From positions 1 to 28,134 of the IMG/VR virus record IMGVR_UViG_3300015249_000002: a stretch of DNA of 28,134 nucleotides; one strand, 5' to 3'. Shown one piece after another: positions 24,269 through 28,134 of the stretch. Position numbers and translations under genes: made by a program. The DNA comes from a virus (Duplodnaviria; Caudoviricetes). The notes below the pieces were generated by a model that saw only the letters and a program-made list of their open reading frames with translations, was not told the DNA's origin and ran no database searches. Position 1 is the first letter of the stretch; each line of letters opens with the position of its first letter.

Positions 24269-24877
24269 ATGGAAAAGCTTCCGATCATTATCTATCGTTT
24301 CTTCACGGTCTATGACGAACACCCGGTTACGAAAGAAGCGCGGGCTCGTGATATGGTCGAATATGGACCGATCGGGCAGGCCGGCCGAACGCAGGTTGTC
24401 GAGCGCATCGATATTCTCTCCAGTGTTCAGAAGGTAGCTGGAGCCAACCCTGCGGTTCAGGCCGCGCGGGTAATGTGGGAGTTCATCAAGCCCCGCTATG
24501 ATGCCTGGAAATCCAACCAGGATCTCCCTGAGACTGGAACTCCTCTTGCAGCGTGGAACCACCTGACATCACAGCAGGCGGAAGTCCTCCGCGTCAACGG
24601 CATTCGCTCGGTTGAAGACTGTTCGATGCTCACGGATTCGCACATCAGCCGTATCCCGATCCCCAATCTTCGCTCGATCATCGAGGCAGCCAAGAAGTTC
24701 CTTGACCACAAGGACGTCAATCGCTTCGACGCCGAGATGAAGGCCAAGGACGATCAACTCGCCGCCGCGAATACCCGCATCGATGAAATGGCGGAAATGC
24801 TGGCGAAACTGATGCAGGACCAGCCAGTTAAGCGCGGACCCGGCAGGCCTCCGAAGTCTGAAGAGGCCGCCGCATGA
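24269..24877 (+). CDS. hypothetical virion-region protein with an HhH-like segment, a coiled coil and an AT-hook
   Basis: GAGGA RBS before ATG 24269. GTPLAAW...LRVNGIRSVED motif and C-terminal KRGPGRPPK. Confidence 0.7.
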   Translation: MEKLPIIIYRFFTVYDEHPVTKEARARDMVEYGPIGQAGRTQVVERIDILSSVQKVAGANPAVQAARVMWEFIKPRYDAWKSNQDLPETGTPLAAWNHLTSQQAEVLRVNGIRSVEDCSMLTDSHISRIPIPNLRSIIEAAKKFLDHKDVNRFDAEMKAKDDQLAAANTRIDEMAEMLAKLMQDQPVKRGPGRPPKSEEAAA

Positions 24878-25569
24878 CACTGCTGACGATCGTACAGGAC
24901 GCGGCGGACAGGCTCGGCCTGACCCGTCCCAGCACCGTGATAACGTCCACCGATCCATTGATCGTGACGCTGCTCGGGCTGGCCCAGGAAGAGGGCAAGG
25001 CGCTGTATGACCGTCACACATGGCAGGCGTTTCAGACGGAACATACATTCTCGACGGCGAACGGAACGGCATCCTATGCGCTGCCGTCCGGGTTTGATCA
25101 GATGATCAAGGGCACGGTGTTCAATCGGACCCGGCGTAGACAGATGTTTGGCGATCTGACCCCCATGCAGTGGCAGCGGACGCAGGCTAGCTTAGTGACG
25201 ATGGTCAACCCTGCTTTTCGGATCAAGGGAGATTTGTTCTTCATCTCGCCTACGCCAACCTCGATCGAGACTGTCGCCTATGAGTACATCACCAGAAACT
25301 GGTGCCGGTCGGCGGCTTTGGCCGGTCAATCCAGGTGGGCGGCCGATACGGATACTGGCGTCCTAGATGAGGAACTGACCACGCTCGGCATCATATGGCG
25401 CTTCAAGTCCGCCAAGGGCCTGGATTATGCCGAGTCAATGAACGACTACGAAATAAAGGTGAACAAGGCGATCTTCAAGGACGGCGCCCGTGTGGTGATC
25501 GACACGTCCTGCACCGAATGGGATCGTATCCCGCATTCTCCCATCGTGCCTGAGACGCTGCCTCTATGA
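24874..25569 (+). CDS. head-tail adaptor (tail tubular protein A-like)
   Basis: MTLLTIVQDAADRLGL, YALPSGF and WRFKSAKGLDY motifs; podovirus adaptor position. Confidence 0.7.
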   Translation: MTLLTIVQDAADRLGLTRPSTVITSTDPLIVTLLGLAQEEGKALYDRHTWQAFQTEHTFSTANGTASYALPSGFDQMIKGTVFNRTRRRQMFGDLTPMQWQRTQASLVTMVNPAFRIKGDLFFISPTPTSIETVAYEYITRNWCRSAALAGQSRWAADTDTGVLDEELTTLGIIWRFKSAKGLDYAESMNDYEIKVNKAIFKDGARVVIDTSCTEWDRIPHSPIVPETLPL

Positions 25570-27140
25570 TCCGGACAGCCGCGCGGCTAAACCCCGGCAA
25601 ACGTCCGGTTGGCATTGGAACGAGCATTCCAGCCCCCGTTGGTGGATGGGATGCCGTGTCGGCGCTGGCTGACATGAAGGAAGACCGGGCGATTGCTCTT
25701 GAAAACTGGTTTCCTACCCCATCCGACGTTCGCGTTCGAAGGGGGCATATCCAGCATTGTAACGGCATGGGGTCGTCCGTTGTCGATACGCTGATGCTCT
25801 ACAATGGATTGACTGCAGCAGCCTCCAAGATGTTTGCGGTGAGCAACGGCACAATCTGGGACGTAAGCGCGAGTGGCGCGGCTTCTGCCACGACGGAAAC
25901 CGTATCCAATAATCGCTGGCAATACATCAATTTTACTACGGCTGGGGGAAAGTTTCTCTGGGCCGTCAACGGTACTGACGCGGCATTGCACTATAACGGA
26001 TCGGTGTGGGCCGAGCCTGCCATTACGGGGATTACGTCGTCGGATGCCATCAACGTCAACGCTCATAAGGGGCGTATCTGGGTAGTCCTGAAGGACTCGA
26101 CCAAGGCGGCTTACTTGCCGACAGGGGCGATTGCTGGCGCAGCTACCACGTTTGAGCTTGGTGGTCTGTTTACCAAAGGCGGGTTTCTGGTTGCGATGTC
26201 CACTTGGACCCGAGACGGAGGTTCGGGTGCTGACGATCTGGCAGTGTTCATTTCGTCAATGGGGCAGGTTGTGGTTTATGCCGGCACGGACCCGGCGGCG
26301 GCTGATACATGGGAGTTGGTTGGCGTTTACGATTCCGGACCTCCATTGGGCTATCGCTGCTTTAACAAGGTCGGCGCCGAACTGATGCTGTTGAACCTTG
26401 ACGGTGTTTTGCCGCTGTCAAAGGGGCTCGTACTCGATCAGGCCGCGCAAACACAGGTTACGATCACGCTGAACATCAATAGCGCGATGAACGAGGCGGC
26501 GCGACTCTACAAGGGTAATTTCGGATGGGAACTGACCCCCTATACCAAGGGGACGATGGCGGTCCTGAATGTCCCGATCGAAGAAGGGCAGACCCAGGAG
26601 CAATACGTGATGAACACGATCACGGGGGCCTGGTGCAAGTTCACGGCCATGAATGCGAATACGTGGGCCGTGTTCAAGGACAATCTATTTTTTGGCGGCA
26701 ATGACGGCATTGTCTATCAAGCTGATACCGGGGCCATCGACGTTTCGACACCGGTCGATGCCATCGGGCAGGGCGCCTACAATTATTATAAATCGAAGGG
26801 CAGGCTAAAACAGTGGAAGCTGATCCAGCCCTTGTTGACGACGGATTCCGATAATCGGCCGGCCATCGGACTATCGACCGACTTTCGCGACAATGCTTCG
26901 CTGGGCACACCTTCCAGTACGGTATCCGGATCTGCGCTTTATGATGTACACGCTATCTATGACGAGTCAGTTTATGCGGTCGAGGGACGAACCGTTGCTG
27001 ACTGGTCCGGGATTTCCGGCATCGGCCAGTGCGCGTCGATCCACTTTCGATCGAGGACAGGCGTTGTCGGGGAAACCGGCGATGTGATCATGCGCTTGAA
27101 CGGGTTTAACACAATCCATGAAGAAGGCGGCTTCTTCTGA
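25566..27140 (+). CDS. tail nozzle / packaged-DNA stabilisation protein (beta-propeller-like)
   Basis: 524 aa, beta-rich. PAPVGGW...ENWFP...VRRG N-terminus; follows the adaptor. Confidence 0.7.
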   Translation: MIRTAARLNPGKRPVGIGTSIPAPVGGWDAVSALADMKEDRAIALENWFPTPSDVRVRRGHIQHCNGMGSSVVDTLMLYNGLTAAASKMFAVSNGTIWDVSASGAASATTETVSNNRWQYINFTTAGGKFLWAVNGTDAALHYNGSVWAEPAITGITSSDAINVNAHKGRIWVVLKDSTKAAYLPTGAIAGAATTFELGGLFTKGGFLVAMSTWTRDGGSGADDLAVFISSMGQVVVYAGTDPAAADTWELVGVYDSGPPLGYRCFNKVGAELMLLNLDGVLPLSKGLVLDQAAQTQVTITLNINSAMNEAARLYKGNFGWELTPYTKGTMAVLNVPIEEGQTQEQYVMNTITGAWCKFTAMNANTWAVFKDNLFFGGNDGIVYQADTGAIDVSTPVDAIGQGAYNYYKSKGRLKQWKLIQPLLTTDSDNRPAIGLSTDFRDNASLGTPSSTVSGSALYDVHAIYDESVYAVEGRTVADWSGISGIGQCASIHFRSRTGVVGETGDVIMRLNGFNTIHEEGGFF

Positions 27141-27535
27141 TGATCGTGGTCGATGGCGCGGAAATCGGCGCCTATGTCGGCTCACGGCTGGGCGTTACGA
27201 TCTGTCCTCCGTTCCAGGCCATCGGGTTTTTAACCGACGACAAGAAGCCATTGGCTGCGTTCGTGTTCAACGACTTCAACCATTCGAATATGGAAATGAC
27301 CATTGTGGCTGAGCCTGGCGGTATCACCCGGCAGATCATTCGGTATGTCGCAAATTACGCCTTCAACACCAACAAATGCCGCCGCCTGACGGTGCGAACG
27401 AAAAAACGAAACAAGCTCGTTCTCCAACTCGCACCACGTTACGGCTTCAAATACGAGTGCATCGCGAAACACTTCTACCCCGATGACGATGCGGTAGTGT
27501 TTCGGATGCTCAAAGAGGACTGCAGGTTCCTATGA
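27140..27535 (+). CDS. GNAT-fold acetyltransferase-like protein
   Basis: YAFNTNKCRRLTVRTKKRNKLVLQLAPRYGFKYEC is RimJ-like. Sits between nozzle and ejection proteins, like P22 gp14. Confidence 0.7.
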   Translation: MIVVDGAEIGAYVGSRLGVTICPPFQAIGFLTDDKKPLAAFVFNDFNHSNMEMTIVAEPGGITRQIIRYVANYAFNTNKCRRLTVRTKKRNKLVLQLAPRYGFKYECIAKHFYPDDDAVVFRMLKEDCRFL

Positions 27536-28134
27536 AAACAGCCGCAGCACCTGCCGCACCTGATCCGGTAGCGACCGCCAACGCGCAAACCGCGTCCAAT
27601 GTGAAAACTGCGACCACGCAACAGCAGTTGAACATGGTCGATCAGACCAATCCTTACGGTACGCAGAGCTATACGCAGAACGGAACGTGGGCGGACGGCA
27701 CCCCGCGCTATTCAATGACGACCAAACTATCGGACCCCGAGCAGCGCAACCAGGACCAGCAGTGGGAATTCGACAATCTCACCAACACGCTCGGCATCAA
27801 CCAGACCAAGAAGCTGACAGGCCTGTTGGACACACCGTTCAAGCTGGACAACGCGGCTACGGAGGGACGGTTGATGGAGTTGGGCCGGAAGCGGCTCGAT
27901 CCGGTTTTGCAGGAGCGCAACGCGGCTCTTGAAAGCAAGCTATATAATCAGGGCGTGATGCCTGGAACGGAAGCCTATGACCGCGCGATGCGTTCCGATA
28001 GCCAATCGCAGAACGATGCCTACAACCAACTCCTGCTCAGCGGACGGGCCCAGGCAAATACCGAACTGACCGCGGAGCGCAACCAGCCGATCAACGAGAT
28101 CACCGCCTTGATGTCCTCGAAGTGCAGGATCTTC
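27532..28134 (+). CDS. DNA-ejection / internal virion protein, truncated by the window edge
   Basis: Read manually: MKTAAAPAAPDPVATANAQTASN...NMVDQTNPYGTQSY.... Q/N/A/T-rich, open to the end, ATGA overlap with the GNAT gene. Confidence 0.7.
   Translation, partial: MKTAAAPAAPDPVATANAQTASNVKTATTQQQLNMVDQTNPYGTQSYTQNGTWADGTPRYSMTTKLSDPEQRNQDQQWEFDNLTNTLGINQTKKLTGLLDTPFKLDNAATEGRLMELGRKRLDPVLQERNAALESKLYNQGVMPGTEAYDRAMRSDSQSQNDAYNQLLLSGRAQANTELTAERNQPINEITALMSSKCRIF

Larger units (their letters stand above)
373..28134. mobile_element. temperate alphaproteobacterial podovirus-like phage or prophage (incomplete; continues past the right edge)
   Basis: Gene order integrase-xis, cI/cro switch, replication initiator, terminase, portal, capsid, adaptor, nozzle. 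Carries GcrA and GapR homologues. Confidence 0.93.

Overview
About 28 kb of a temperate tailed phage or prophage. Phage-borne GcrA and GapR homologues point to an alphaproteobacterial host, possibly rhizobial (inference). From left to right the window holds: a candidate att region and an atypical tyrosine integrase with an excisionase; a leftward early operon of ~27 mostly translationally coupled ORFs (membrane protein/lipoprotein pair, two HNH nucleases, DUF968, SSB-like protein, many micro-ORFs); a lambda-like switch with a short cI and cro, five AGGAC-N5-GTCCT-type operators and PL/PR/PRM-like promoters; a rightward early operon (CII-position gene, GcrA, GapR, replication initiator with internal iterons, Q-position regulator); and a podovirus-type late operon (TerS, TerL, portal, scaffold, major capsid, decoration protein, adaptor, nozzle, GNAT, truncated ejection protein). 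Two features stand out. (1) A 656-aa glycosyltransferase + Maf/MptE-like + SAM-methyltransferase fusion is coupled to a Ser/Thr-rich capsid decoration gene, suggesting a one-polypeptide virion glycosylation system. (2) A repeated CGG(A/T)CAC, partly palindromic motif sits at fixed spacing before accessory-gene starts upstream of the integrase, suggesting a cassette-like gene array. All product calls rest on motifs recognised by eye and on synteny; no database searches were run. I saw no lysis, tail-fibre, tRNA or CRISPR features.
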